A stretch of 48,425 nt of DNA from an uncultured Ignavibacteriaceae bacterium (GCA_964459055.1 CAYWMV010000003.1:1-48425), one strand, 5' to 3'. Positions 19,151-28,047 are shown, numbered from the stretch's first letter. Numbers and translations are program-made. Notes: generated by a model not told the origin, from the letters alone.

Positions 19151-19292
19151 TCATAATTCAAAATTTAAAATTCATAATTAATAATACTATTTGTTTTAGT
19201 GTTTCTTAGTGTAAATTTTAGTGCTCTTAGTGGTAAAACAATCACTCCGTGGTTTTTTCAATTCATAATTCAAAATTCATAATTCAAAATTT
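19151..19292. repeat. identical 16-bp direct repeats (tcataattcaaaattt) bracketing a ~110-bp segment, with additional ttcataatt(caaaa) copies
   Basis: The 16-mer occurs at 19151-19166 and 19277-19292. ttcataatt also occurs at 19171-19179 and 19262-19270. Confidence 0.85.
19196..19242 (+). repeat. four tandem TTAGTG words (spacing 10, 12, 9 nt) ending in CTTAGTGGTAAAAC
   Basis: TTAGTG starts at 19196, 19206, 19218 and 19227. Related copies of the terminal motif occur at 2506-2519, 9422-9450 (minus), 41906-41919 and 42134-42147. Confidence 0.8.
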
Positions 19293-19373
19293 TTATACTA
19301 TGCTAAACTTCTTCCTTTTTCTTAAAGTAAAAAATTTATTAACTTGCAGCATTACATTATCAAAATCCTGTAT

Positions 19374-21686
19374 ATGAAATTTATTTTTGTAAGTTTGTTT
19401 TTCTTTTTTTCGCAATATGCTGTTTCTCAGAACCTTGACTCAACTATATCAAAGGATACATCATCTCTAAACTATACCCCTGAAATATCAATTTCAAAAA
19501 TCTCAAACGACAAAATCGAAATAGACGGTGAACTCAGCGAAGAAGAATGGAAAACAGCGGCAAAAATTACAGATTTTTATGAATTTGAACCGGGTGATAA
19601 TGTAAAACCATCGGTAAATACAAATGTTCTTATGTGCTATGACGATAATAATCTCTATGTCGGTTTTATCTGTTACGAAGACGATATGAACAAAATAAGA
19701 AAAACTCTTACACACCGCGACGATACTTATAATGATGATTATGCCGGTGTAATAATTGATACCTACGGCGAAGGAAAACAGGCGTATGAATTGTTCGTAA
19801 ATCCTTATGGTGTTCAGGGTGATTTATTGTGGAGTACTCCAGGTAATGAAGATTTAAGTTTTGATGTTGTCTGGTACTCTGAAGCAAATGTATATCAGAA
19901 TAATTGGGTTGCGGAAATTGCCGTTCCGTTTAAAAGTATCAGATTTCCTAAAAATGATGTTCAGGAATGGAAAATTCATGTTTACAGAAACAGACCTCGA
20001 GAAAATAGACAGGAAATAAGTTGGGCGGCTGTTTCAAGAAACGCTCCGACTTTATTCACAAATAGCGGTACTCTCAAAGGTATTAAAAACATTAATTCGG
20101 GCAATAATCTCGAAATCCTTCCTTCTTTCGTAAGTTCGCAGGCAGGAAATATTTCCGATTTGTCAAATGCAGACTCCGAATTTGTTAATGAAAAAATTAA
20201 AGGACAATTCGGTTTGAATATTAAATACGGAATTTCCTCAACTCTAACCGCCGACTTAACTTTTAATCCGGATTTTTCACAGATAGAAGCCGATGCGGGC
20301 ATTATTAATGTTAATAATCCGTATGCATATTCTTACACCGAAAAAAGACCTTTCTTTATCGAAGGTGCTAATATTTTCAGTACTCCGTTTAATGTGGTCT
20401 ATACACGTATGATTAATAACCCTTTAACTGCATTTAAACTTTCCGGAAAAATCGGAAAAACCGATGTCGGTTATCTTGCCGCCTACGATAAAAAAACTCC
20501 CTTCATTATTCCTTTTGAGGATAATAGCAGTTTTTTGAATACCGATAGAAAATCACTTTCAAATATCCTGAGAATAAAGCACACGATAAAAAATGAAACA
20601 TTTTTAGGATTCATTCTTACCGACCGCGAAGTAAATAAACCGGGAAATGATTTTTTAAATGTGGATGGTTATAACCGCGTCTTCGGATTCGACGGGAATG
20701 TTAAACTTTTTGAAAATTATTTTTTTGAATTTCAGTTCCTTAGATATGTTTCAAATGAAATTACGGATTCGAGTTATAACAATTACGGAACTTTCGATAA
20801 CGGAAAATACACAAAAGCTCTTGACGGAGAATCTTTCTCGGGTTTCGGAACTCATCTGGAGTTATTGAGAAGCGCCAAGCACTGGAATTTTAGTCTTTCC
20901 TATGACGATGCATCTCCGGTTGCAAGAAGAGATAACGGATATATTACCAACAATAATTACAGAACTCTTTTCCTCCGCCAGTCGTATATGTTTTATCCGG
21001 AAACGGATTTTCTGAAAAGAATTCAGCCTGGTTGTATGGGAATTGTAAGACACACCTATGACGGTAAATTAAAGGAACTCTTTTTAGATGCGGAAATATG
21101 GTTCAGATTCAAACATCAGATATCCGCTAATGTATCATTTTTTCTCGTTAATAATGAAGAATTTAACGGAGTCTATCACAAAGGTGCAAGAAGATTCTCC
21201 CTGAATGTTGACGCAAACACTTTTATTTTTCTAAGCGGGGGTTTCAGTGCAACTATCGGAAAGTATATTATTCGTTTCGGAAATTCTTACGTTGGATACG
21301 GGGGGGAATTTGGTGGGTGGCTTACATTTATTCCCCTAGAAAATCTGACGCTTAATACCGAATATTCTTATTTTGAACTGGCAAAAAATTACGGCGGAGA
21401 AAAACTGTTTGCAGGTTACATACTGCGCAATACCCTCAATTATCTTCCGGTGAAAGATTTTTCCTTGAGAATAATTACTGAATACAGTTCTGCCGATAAG
21501 TATTTCTATATTAATCCGCTCATCAGTTACAGACCTAACCCGTTTACTATTTTTTATTTCGGTTTCACACACCAGTATAATAACCTCGAACTCCCTTCTT
21601 CTGCTTCAAACTACTATCCCGACTCAAAGTACACTCTAAGCACACGCCAGTTTTTTCTTAAATTCCAGTACCTGTTTCGCCTCTGA
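19374..21686 (+). CDS. DUF5916-like outer-membrane protein with N-terminal CBM9-like domain (paralog 2)
   Basis: It is collinear with 16672-19062 and roughly three-quarters identical by eye. I prefer the ATG at 19374 (MKFIFVSLFFFF..., matching the MKFIYIFFLF of paralog 1) to the track's TTG at 19344. Confidence 0.65.
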   Translation: MKFIFVSLFFFFSQYAVSQNLDSTISKDTSSLNYTPEISISKISNDKIEIDGELSEEEWKTAAKITDFYEFEPGDNVKPSVNTNVLMCYDDNNLYVGFICYEDDMNKIRKTLTHRDDTYNDDYAGVIIDTYGEGKQAYELFVNPYGVQGDLLWSTPGNEDLSFDVVWYSEANVYQNNWVAEIAVPFKSIRFPKNDVQEWKIHVYRNRPRENRQEISWAAVSRNAPTLFTNSGTLKGIKNINSGNNLEILPSFVSSQAGNISDLSNADSEFVNEKIKGQFGLNIKYGISSTLTADLTFNPDFSQIEADAGIINVNNPYAYSYTEKRPFFIEGANIFSTPFNVVYTRMINNPLTAFKLSGKIGKTDVGYLAAYDKKTPFIIPFEDNSSFLNTDRKSLSNILRIKHTIKNETFLGFILTDREVNKPGNDFLNVDGYNRVFGFDGNVKLFENYFFEFQFLRYVSNEITDSSYNNYGTFDNGKYTKALDGESFSGFGTHLELLRSAKHWNFSLSYDDASPVARRDNGYITNNNYRTLFLRQSYMFYPETDFLKRIQPGCMGIVRHTYDGKLKELFLDAEIWFRFKHQISANVSFFLVNNEEFNGVYHKGARRFSLNVDANTFIFLSGGFSATIGKYIIRFGNSYVGYGGEFGGWLTFIPLENLTLNTEYSYFELAKNYGGEKLFAGYILRNTLNYLPVKDFSLRIITEYSSADKYFYINPLISYRPNPFTIFYFGFTHQYNNLELPSSASNYYPDSKYTLSTRQFFLKFQYLFRL

Positions 21687-21738
21687 GTTCAAAGTTCGTA
21701 AAGTTTATAAGGTTCATAAAGTTTAGAAAGTAAAAAAA
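21687..21738 (+). repeat. degenerate 9-bp tandem repeat immediately after the stop codon of paralog 2
   Basis: gttcaaa gttcgtaaa gtttataag gttcataaa gtttagaaa gtaaaaaaa. A shorter version (gtaaaaa gttcctaaa gttaaaaaaa) follows the stop of paralog 1 at 19063-19088. Confidence 0.85.
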
Positions 21739-21830
21739 ATGTGGTTTTTTTTATGTGTGTTTTTTTAAAAAATTCTTCGTAATGTATCTTTATTCTATAA
21801 CTAACTTCCATAACTGTATTCTAAAAGAAA

Positions 21831-21861
21831 AACCCGGACTATCTCTAATCCGGGTTTTTTT
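21831..21861. terminator. bidirectional intrinsic terminator
   Basis: 8-bp stem aacccgga/tccgggtt with a 10-nt loop and a T-run, and an A-rich left flank. It lies between convergent genes. Confidence 0.8.
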
Positions 21862-21884
21862 AAAAACTATCTGCTTACTACTGT

Positions 21885-22802
21885 TTACTTGATAACCATC
21901 ATTTTTTTCGTCTCAATATAACTTCCGGCAAACAGTCTGTAGAAATAAACACCTGATGCAAGTTTAGATGCATCAAACTTTAACTCGTATCTTCCGGGAG
22001 CTTTTACACCTTCCGAAATTACCTGTACTTCTTCGCCAAGAGAATTATAGACAACAAGTTTTACATCCGTTGTTTTTGCAATATCAAAACGTATGTTCGT
22101 TGTTGGATTGAACGGATTGGGATAATTCTGCTTTAACTCAAATTTCGTCGGTATTTCATTTCCGATTTGAGATACATTTACCGGTACTCCTACAAATACA
22201 TCATCTACAAATACACAGAATCCGTTAACGGCACAGTCCATATAATATCTGAACGCTACCCATAAATTGGTTGCTCCTGCGAATTGGGCTAAACTGTAAG
22301 AATATTGGACCCAGTTACCCCAGGTTGTTCCAACCGGCCAGTGAATAGATGCAATTTTATCAAGAAATGAATAAGTATTTGAATCCGTAGTACTCACCCA
22401 AACCTGAATGCTGTCTGAATAAGTTGTAGAACCGCCGAATGCCCAGAATTTTAATACGTCGTTTGCTGTAATAGCACCGGCGTCTTTAGTAATTAACCAT
22501 ACATCTGCAACAGAAGAAGGAGCACCCGTGGTATCAATGCTTGCCCACCAGGTTGCTGCCACGGATTTATGTCCGGTATGTGCTTTGGTTGTTAAAGCGT
22601 TAATACCCGGTATTGCTGCGCCCGTGTCACGTACTGTCCAATTAGTCATCGGGTCAATTGGGAATGATTGATTATTTACTCGATACCATCCCGCAGGAAG
22701 ATTTAAAGAGTCTGCAGTTTCAAATCCCTCCTGAATTTTTACCTGAGAATTTAGAGTTACCGCAAAAAGCAAAAGAAAAGAAAGAAGTAATATTTTTTTC
22801 AT
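21885..22802 (-). CDS. secreted protein with T9SS C-terminal sorting domain (N-domain possibly choice-of-anchor-J-like)
   Basis: It has a signal peptide, then QEGFETADSLNLPAGWYRVNN. The C-terminus is KQNYPNPFNPTTNIRFDI...GVYFYRL...KKMMVIK. GGAGG lies upstream of the ATG. Confidence 0.75.
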   Translation of the reverse strand: MKKILLLSFLLLFAVTLNSQVKIQEGFETADSLNLPAGWYRVNNQSFPIDPMTNWTVRDTGAAIPGINALTTKAHTGHKSVAATWWASIDTTGAPSSVADVWLITKDAGAITANDVLKFWAFGGSTTYSDSIQVWVSTTDSNTYSFLDKIASIHWPVGTTWGNWVQYSYSLAQFAGATNLWVAFRYYMDCAVNGFCVFVDDVFVGVPVNVSQIGNEIPTKFELKQNYPNPFNPTTNIRFDIAKTTDVKLVVYNSLGEEVQVISEGVKAPGRYELKFDASKLASGVYFYRLFAGSYIETKKMMVIK

Positions 22803-22948
22803 TTTATACCTCCGGATTTTAAATTATGAAATATGGTTTAATTTAATCAATAATATTAAAAATTGAAACTTATTTTATTTTTCCTGTTCTTTTTTTTTAA
22901 GCCTTTTTATAAATTGAAATTTCTTCAGTAAAAATAAATTTTTTAAAT

Positions 22949-24196
22949 TTATTTCTCAGGATTTACCTTCATATACAATGTACGTATCAGTTTTTCATAA
23001 GTTTCCGTTATTTCTATATCCCTGCGGCTCATTACTATTTTTGCTGTATTTAAAGCATCGTCAATGTTGTATAATTTTGGTTTACTGCCGGTAATATACC
23101 AGGAAAAATTGTTAATAAACTTATCAGGAAAATCTCCGCCCGCAATCAATGAAAATATTCCGATTACACAACCAGTATTTAACATTGTATTAATTCCTGT
23201 TTTTGTGTGGTCACCTATTATACTTCCAAGAAACTGCATTCCGGTATTAATTTGCGGTATGTCGGCTCTGTTTCTTGTTTTTATTATAGAATAGTTGTTT
23301 TTCAGGTTACTTGTCACTGTGTCCGCTCCCAGATTAACAAACTCGCATACGTAAGAATTTCCTATGAATCCGTCGTGCTGCTTGTTTACAAATGAATGAA
23401 ATATTGTCCCCGATAATTCACCCGATAATCTTGAATTAAATCCCGCCATCACGGGTCCGTATATTTTTGTTCCTGATTTTATAAGAACTTTCTTTCCTAT
23501 ATATGCGGGACCTTTGATAAATGTAAACGGTTCAATTATGCTGTCTTCCTCGATAAAAATTTTTCCTTTTGTCGCATCTAGTACAACTCCGGGATATACA
23601 TCTGCTTTTCTGTCAATATAAATTTCTTTCGGATTACGGAAATAATCTCCGTCAGGAAGGGGAAAATGATTTTTTCTGAAAATTAAATCTAAATCCCTCT
23701 TTAATATTTCGTCAAAATATCTTATTACGTCCCATATGTATTCTGTTACAAAATAATCAAGATTTTCTTTAAGTTTTAAGGATTCTGCGTTTATTTCTTT
23801 TTGATTTTTAAGAAATTCTTCCGATAAACACGTATTTTCCTTAAGTTTTTCACCCTTTATATAAACGGCAATGATTGAATTTTTTGATTTGATTACACAC
23901 TCACTGTCAAGTTTAAGAAATGTCTTTATGGCTCTTTCAAAAAGAATGTGCCGTCCGTTTATTAAAAGATAATGTTCGTTACTGTTAAATATGTTAACGG
24001 ATTTTTTCTTTTGTTCTGAAAGCAGACCTGCTAATTCTTTTCTGCAAAAATAGTCTGTTTCTCTGCTTTTCCCGGTAATGAACTCCAGCCTTTCAGCATT
24101 TGAAAAAATACCTGTTTTAATTTCATATACAGGTCTTAAAAGTGATGCAGGTTCAAAATTTCCGTAAAAACCGTCTTCAAAAATTGCTGTTTTCAT
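22949..24196 (-). CDS. GlmU-like sugar nucleotidyltransferase/acyltransferase with left-handed beta-helix
   Basis: 415 aa. The N-terminus IFEDGFYGNFEPASLLRPVYEIKTGI is typical of the alternative bacterial GlmU / sugar nucleotidyltransferase family. The C-terminal half has hexapeptide-like repeats. Confidence 0.6.
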   Translation of the reverse strand: MKTAIFEDGFYGNFEPASLLRPVYEIKTGIFSNAERLEFITGKSRETDYFCRKELAGLLSEQKKKSVNIFNSNEHYLLINGRHILFERAIKTFLKLDSECVIKSKNSIIAVYIKGEKLKENTCLSEEFLKNQKEINAESLKLKENLDYFVTEYIWDVIRYFDEILKRDLDLIFRKNHFPLPDGDYFRNPKEIYIDRKADVYPGVVLDATKGKIFIEEDSIIEPFTFIKGPAYIGKKVLIKSGTKIYGPVMAGFNSRLSGELSGTIFHSFVNKQHDGFIGNSYVCEFVNLGADTVTSNLKNNYSIIKTRNRADIPQINTGMQFLGSIIGDHTKTGINTMLNTGCVIGIFSLIAGGDFPDKFINNFSWYITGSKPKLYNIDDALNTAKIVMSRRDIEITETYEKLIRTLYMKVNPEK

Positions 24197-24270
24197 ATTT
24201 CAAATGTTTATAAATAAAAAAAGCCAACATATTTTATGCCGGCTTGAATTTAACAAACAGTTAAAAATCT

Positions 24271-24498
24271 TTATTTTGATGTTTCCTGAGTTTTGCCATA
24301 TTTCTTAAGGAATTTCTCAACTCTTCCTGCGGTATCAACTATTTTCTGTGTCCCTGTAAAAAACGGATGACAAAGTGAACATATTTCAACTTTTATTTCA
24401 GGAACAGTCGAACGTGTCGTAAAAAGTACACCGCGATTTTCTCCGCAGTTGCAGATTACATTACATTTGTAATATTTCGGATGAATATTCTTTTTCAT
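24271..24498 (-). CDS. rpmE: 50S ribosomal protein L31 (zinc-ribbon type)
   Basis: It starts [10 protein letters not shown] and has the [10 protein letters not shown] and [10 protein letters not shown] motifs. Cys pairs are retained. Confidence 0.92.
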   Translation of the reverse strand: MKKNIHPKYYKCNVICNCGENRGVLFTTRSTVPEIKVEICSLCHPFFTGTQKIVDTAGRVEKFLKKYGKTQETSK

Positions 24499-24600
24499 TT
24501 AATCTTAATAGTGTTTCTAAAAATGTTTAAGTTAATGATTTTTCAAATAAATTTCAATGTAATCAAATATCTTTCGCATTATTGCTTCGATTCCTGGTTT

Positions 24601-24775
24601 CTGAATTGTGGCTTTTGCCTCCTGAACCTTGGCTTCTGACTCCTGAACCTTGGCTTCTGACTCCTTGCTCTCTGCACCAAACTACTTACTGCTTACTACT
24701 GGCTTCTAGCTTCTTAATACTGGTTTATGACTACTTATTGATTATTACTTACTACTTATTACTTACTACTTGCTA
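24601..24775. repeat. 21-bp tandem repeat (two perfect units plus degenerate flanks) followed by TACTTAC/TTACTAC word stutter
   Basis: cctgaaccttggcttctgact occurs at 24621-24641 and 24642-24662. Positions 24683-24775 consist of tacttac-like words. Confidence 0.88.
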
Positions 24776-25912
24776 CTAATCGAGTATCCAGTCTTTTTTC
24801 TCCCATGTGAATTCCGGTAATTCCCTTCCAAAATGTCCGTAAGATGCTGTTTTTCTAAAAATCGGTCTCTGCAATTTAAGTGTAGTTATTATTCCTCCGG
24901 GTGTCAGGTCTAAAACTTTCTCCAGTTGTTTTTGTATGCCGGTTTCATCAAAATTACTTGTACCGTGAAAATCCAGCATAAATGAAACGGGATTTTCCTG
25001 TCCGATCGCATAAGCCAGTTGAACCGTACATCTTTCCGCAAGTTTTGCGGCAACAATGTTTTTTGCTATGTATCTTGCCATATATGCCGCTGACCTGTCA
25101 ACTTTTGTGGCATCCTTGCCGGAAAATGCGCCTCCTCCGTGCGGACAACTTCCGCCGTAAGTATCAACTATTATTTTCCTGCCCGTTAAACCTGTATCTG
25201 TCTTCGGACCTCCGAAATTAAATGTACCGCCGGGATTTACAAGATATTGTACATTGTTTAGTTTAAAGTATTTTTCAAGAACGGGTTTAATTATATCTGT
25301 TTTAACAACTTTTCTTAATTCATCCAGTGTTATTTCCTTTGAGTGCTGTGTGGAAAATACAACTTTCCTGATGGCGGCGGGTTTATTATTCTCATATTGA
25401 ATTGTAACCTGTGACTTTGCGTCGGGAAATAAAAAGGAGTATTTTGAAGTTCTTCTTAGTTTTGCGTGGTATTCAAGAAGTTTGTGAGCAAGCAGTATGG
25501 GCATCGGCATTAATTCTCTTGTTTCGTTGCTCGCATACCCGAACATTAATCCCTGGTCGCCTGCTCCTGTTTTTTTCTTACCTGTAACAGCCCTGTTTAT
25601 TTCGGGACATTGCTGTTTTATTGATAATACGTATGTACAGGAATCCGCATCAAGTCCGTTTTTTACGTTATAACCGATTTCTTTTATAACTGATTTTGCA
25701 ATATCGGTAATCTTTGTTTTTGGATGTGACTTTGAATTGAACTCTCCTGAAATAATAACAAGATTATCCGAAAGAAGTGTTTCACACGCAACCTTGGAAT
25801 TCTTATCCGTTTTTAGATATTCGTCAAGCACGGCGTCTGAAATCTGGTCTGCCACTTTATCGGGATGACCTTCAGATACCGATTCCGAAGAAAATAAATA
25901 TTTTTTTGTCAT
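24776..25912 (-). CDS. metK: S-adenosylmethionine synthetase
   Basis: 378 aa with ESVSEGHPDKVADQISD, GAGDQGLMFGYA and GGGAFSGKD. Confidence 0.96.
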   Translation of the reverse strand: MTKKYLFSSESVSEGHPDKVADQISDAVLDEYLKTDKNSKVACETLLSDNLVIISGEFNSKSHPKTKITDIAKSVIKEIGYNVKNGLDADSCTYVLSIKQQCPEINRAVTGKKKTGAGDQGLMFGYASNETRELMPMPILLAHKLLEYHAKLRRTSKYSFLFPDAKSQVTIQYENNKPAAIRKVVFSTQHSKEITLDELRKVVKTDIIKPVLEKYFKLNNVQYLVNPGGTFNFGGPKTDTGLTGRKIIVDTYGGSCPHGGGAFSGKDATKVDRSAAYMARYIAKNIVAAKLAERCTVQLAYAIGQENPVSFMLDFHGTSNFDETGIQKQLEKVLDLTPGGIITTLKLQRPIFRKTASYGHFGRELPEFTWEKKDWILD

Positions 25913-25943
25913 ATTGTTAAATTAATTTAAAAAACCGTATTAA

Positions 25944-25980
25944 TAAAAAAACCGTTTACTGAACCTGTAAGTAAGCGGTT
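25944..25980 (-). terminator. leader (attenuator) terminator inside the metK 5' region
   Basis: The minus-strand RNA reads aaccgcuuac...guaaacgguu (9 of 10 bp) followed by a U-run. It ends about 30 nt before the metK ATG. Confidence 0.65.
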
Positions 25981-26075
25981 TGAACCCGGAATATTTCGTG
26001 TTGCCACGCGTATTATTTAAGCACCGTGTTTCCGGCTTACCGGTTGCTGTTTCCGGTATAAAGAAAACTCTTAAT
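25981..26075 (-). promoter_or_regulatory. structured metK 5' leader, candidate SAM-responsive element of undetermined class
   Basis: Minus-strand hairpins: ccgg-aaacagcaa-ccgg, uaagc-cggaaacacggu-gcuua and cgug-GCAA-cacg. The segment gguaagc can alternatively pair with the terminator 5' arm. Confidence 0.4.
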
Positions 26076-26325
26076 ACAAAAAACGTATTTCTAAAGAACC
26101 GGTTAAAAATAAAATTAATTATTAATAAAATAAACTGAATAATAAATCTGATTTAAATTTTATTTATGATTACATCAAATAATTTTTCAACCTCTGTCGG
26201 GAATGAGATAAGGAGTGAAAATTTATGGTGAGTGTTTTTAATTTTTATTAAATAATAGTTGGCATATATTGCAAAAAAACAGTTAAACTTGAATTTATTT
26301 GATTAAACTATTTTACTTGTTATAA

Positions 26326-26916
26326 ATGTTTGATAAGAACTACTGGGATACTAAATATAAAAACGGTTATACGGGCTGGGATATGGGATATGCATCAACG
26401 CCTCTTAAAGAATTTTTTGATACACTCAAAGATAAAAATATTAGCATTCTCATTCCCGGAGGAGGTAACGGATATGAGGCGGAATACCTTTTTAAAAAGG
26501 GATTTAAAAATGTTTTTCTGCTGGATATCTCCGAAATACCGCTGATAAATTTTTCTGACCGTGTGAAAGATTTTCCAAAAGAAAATCTTCTGAATTCAGA
26601 CTTTTTTAAACTTACCGGGCGGTATGATTTAATAATTGAACAAACATTTTTTTGCGCACTGGACAGAAAATTCAGGGATGATTATGCAAAAAAAATTTCC
26701 GGCTTGCTGAATAAAGACGGAAAATTTGCAGGACTTCTTTTTGATTGTGAGTTTCCGGATACGGGCGAACCTCCTTTCGGAGGAAATAAGGAAGAATACC
26801 TGAAATATTTCGAACCTTACTTTGAAATAAATGTATTTGAAAAAGCGTATAATTCAATTAAACCAAGAATGGGCAGAGAACTGTTTTTTATCTTTTCAAA
26901 AAAACAAAGAAAATGA
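26326..26916 (+). CDS. SAM-dependent methyltransferase, TPMT (thiopurine/halide methyltransferase)-like
   Basis: It has NYWDTKYKNGYTGWDMG followed by the ILIPGGGNGYEA SAM-binding loop. It is divergent from metK. Confidence 0.72.
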   Translation: MFDKNYWDTKYKNGYTGWDMGYASTPLKEFFDTLKDKNISILIPGGGNGYEAEYLFKKGFKNVFLLDISEIPLINFSDRVKDFPKENLLNSDFFKLTGRYDLIIEQTFFCALDRKFRDDYAKKISGLLNKDGKFAGLLFDCEFPDTGEPPFGGNKEEYLKYFEPYFEINVFEKAYNSIKPRMGRELFFIFSKKQRK

Positions 26917-27053
26917 TTTTTATTTACAGTTTTTGGCTGATTTTTTCTTTAATAAACAAAATTGTCGAAACTACATCTGTTTTATCTCTGAATTCCTTTA
27001 ATATAATATGGCACAGATTTTGCTTAATTCAAAATATATAAAATAAATAAAAT

Positions 27054-27971
27054 ATGACAAAATTACACAAGTTCTTTATTTCTTTACTGGTTCTGATGTA
27101 TCCTGTTTATATGTTAGCGCAGGAGACTCACCTGGAAACAAAACAACCGATGGGATTCTGGGGTTTCATATTCACTCCTAAATATATCGTTGTGTTTTTG
27201 CTGACGATTATATTTATTGTTTTACTTTTCACTAAAAAGATAGATTCAAAAATCCGGGTTTATGTACTGGCTTTATCTTTTATTTTGTTCGGAATAGTAA
27301 GTTATTTTGTACATTCTCTTTTTATTTCCCCTTCTCCGGTCTGTGCAACTACAAAACCTTTTTATATGGGTGCAAGACCACAATTTTTTGCGACTCTGGC
27401 TGTTATTGGAGTGCTTTCCATTGTTGCTTCGAAAGGATTTTGCGGAATTGCTTGCCCGATTGGAGCTCTTCAGGAAATGTTTTATAAAATACCGGTATTA
27501 AAAAAACTTAAAAAGAAAAAATTACCGTTTTATATAAGTAACAGTATCAGAATCGGAATTGCCGTAAGTTTTTTCCTTCTGATTTTTTCTACCGGTTTTT
27601 CTATTTACGGATATATTAATATGTTTGATTTAATACACTGGGAATTTACGGAATTGCAGATGTTTGATTTAATTTCACTTGTCGTGTTTTTGGTTATTAT
27701 GCTGGGATTAAGTCTGTTTTTGTTCAGGCCTTTCTGTTATTTAATCTGCCCAATGGGGATTTTTACGTGGATTTTAGAACATTTTTCCGTATTAAAAGTC
27801 CGCTTAAGAAAAAAAGATTGTAATAAATGCGGAAAATGCATTATTCGGTCACCCTGCCCTTCTGTTGGAGGAATTATTGAAGGAAAAACTATAAGGGGTG
27901 ATTGTCATTTATGTAATATTTGTATAGAGTCCTGCCCGACCAATGCATTATATTTTGGTATAAAAAAATAA
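27054..27971 (+). CDS. polytopic membrane 4Fe-4S binding protein (NapH/NosR-like ferredoxin-type)
   Basis: It has several TM helices and in-membrane CxxxCP motifs (CGIACPIG, FCYLICPMG). The C-terminus has 2x[4Fe-4S] motifs, CNKCGKCIIRSPCP and CHLCNICIESCP. Confidence 0.72.
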   Translation: MTKLHKFFISLLVLMYPVYMLAQETHLETKQPMGFWGFIFTPKYIVVFLLTIIFIVLLFTKKIDSKIRVYVLALSFILFGIVSYFVHSLFISPSPVCATTKPFYMGARPQFFATLAVIGVLSIVASKGFCGIACPIGALQEMFYKIPVLKKLKKKKLPFYISNSIRIGIAVSFFLLIFSTGFSIYGYINMFDLIHWEFTELQMFDLISLVVFLVIMLGLSLFLFRPFCYLICPMGIFTWILEHFSVLKVRLRKKDCNKCGKCIIRSPCPSVGGIIEGKTIRGDCHLCNICIESCPTNALYFGIKK

Positions 27972-27997
27972 AAATTAAGATTTTAGGTATAAAAAAA

Positions 27998-28024
27998 ACG
28001 TTCCCGGTTATCAGCCGGGAACGT
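27998..28024. terminator. bidirectional intrinsic terminator
   Basis: Perfect 10-bp stem acgttcccgg/ccgggaacgt with loop ttatcag, an A8 run upstream and a T6 run downstream. Confidence 0.88.
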
Positions 28025-28047
28025 TTTTTAACTATAAAAACGAACGT

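Noticed and set aside
24582-24779. 65-aa ORF (MLRFLVSELWLLPPEPWLLTPEPWLLTP...)
   Set aside because: Its sequence is the translation of the 21-bp and 7-bp tandem repeats. It has a TTG start and no SD, so the repetitive peptide is best explained as an artefact.
25913-26075. Canonical SAM-I (S-box) riboswitch call
   Set aside because: GGCAAC- and GGUGCUnAA-like strings are present but in the wrong order, and I cannot find the GAGGGA/GGCCC core. I therefore report only a structured attenuator of undetermined class.
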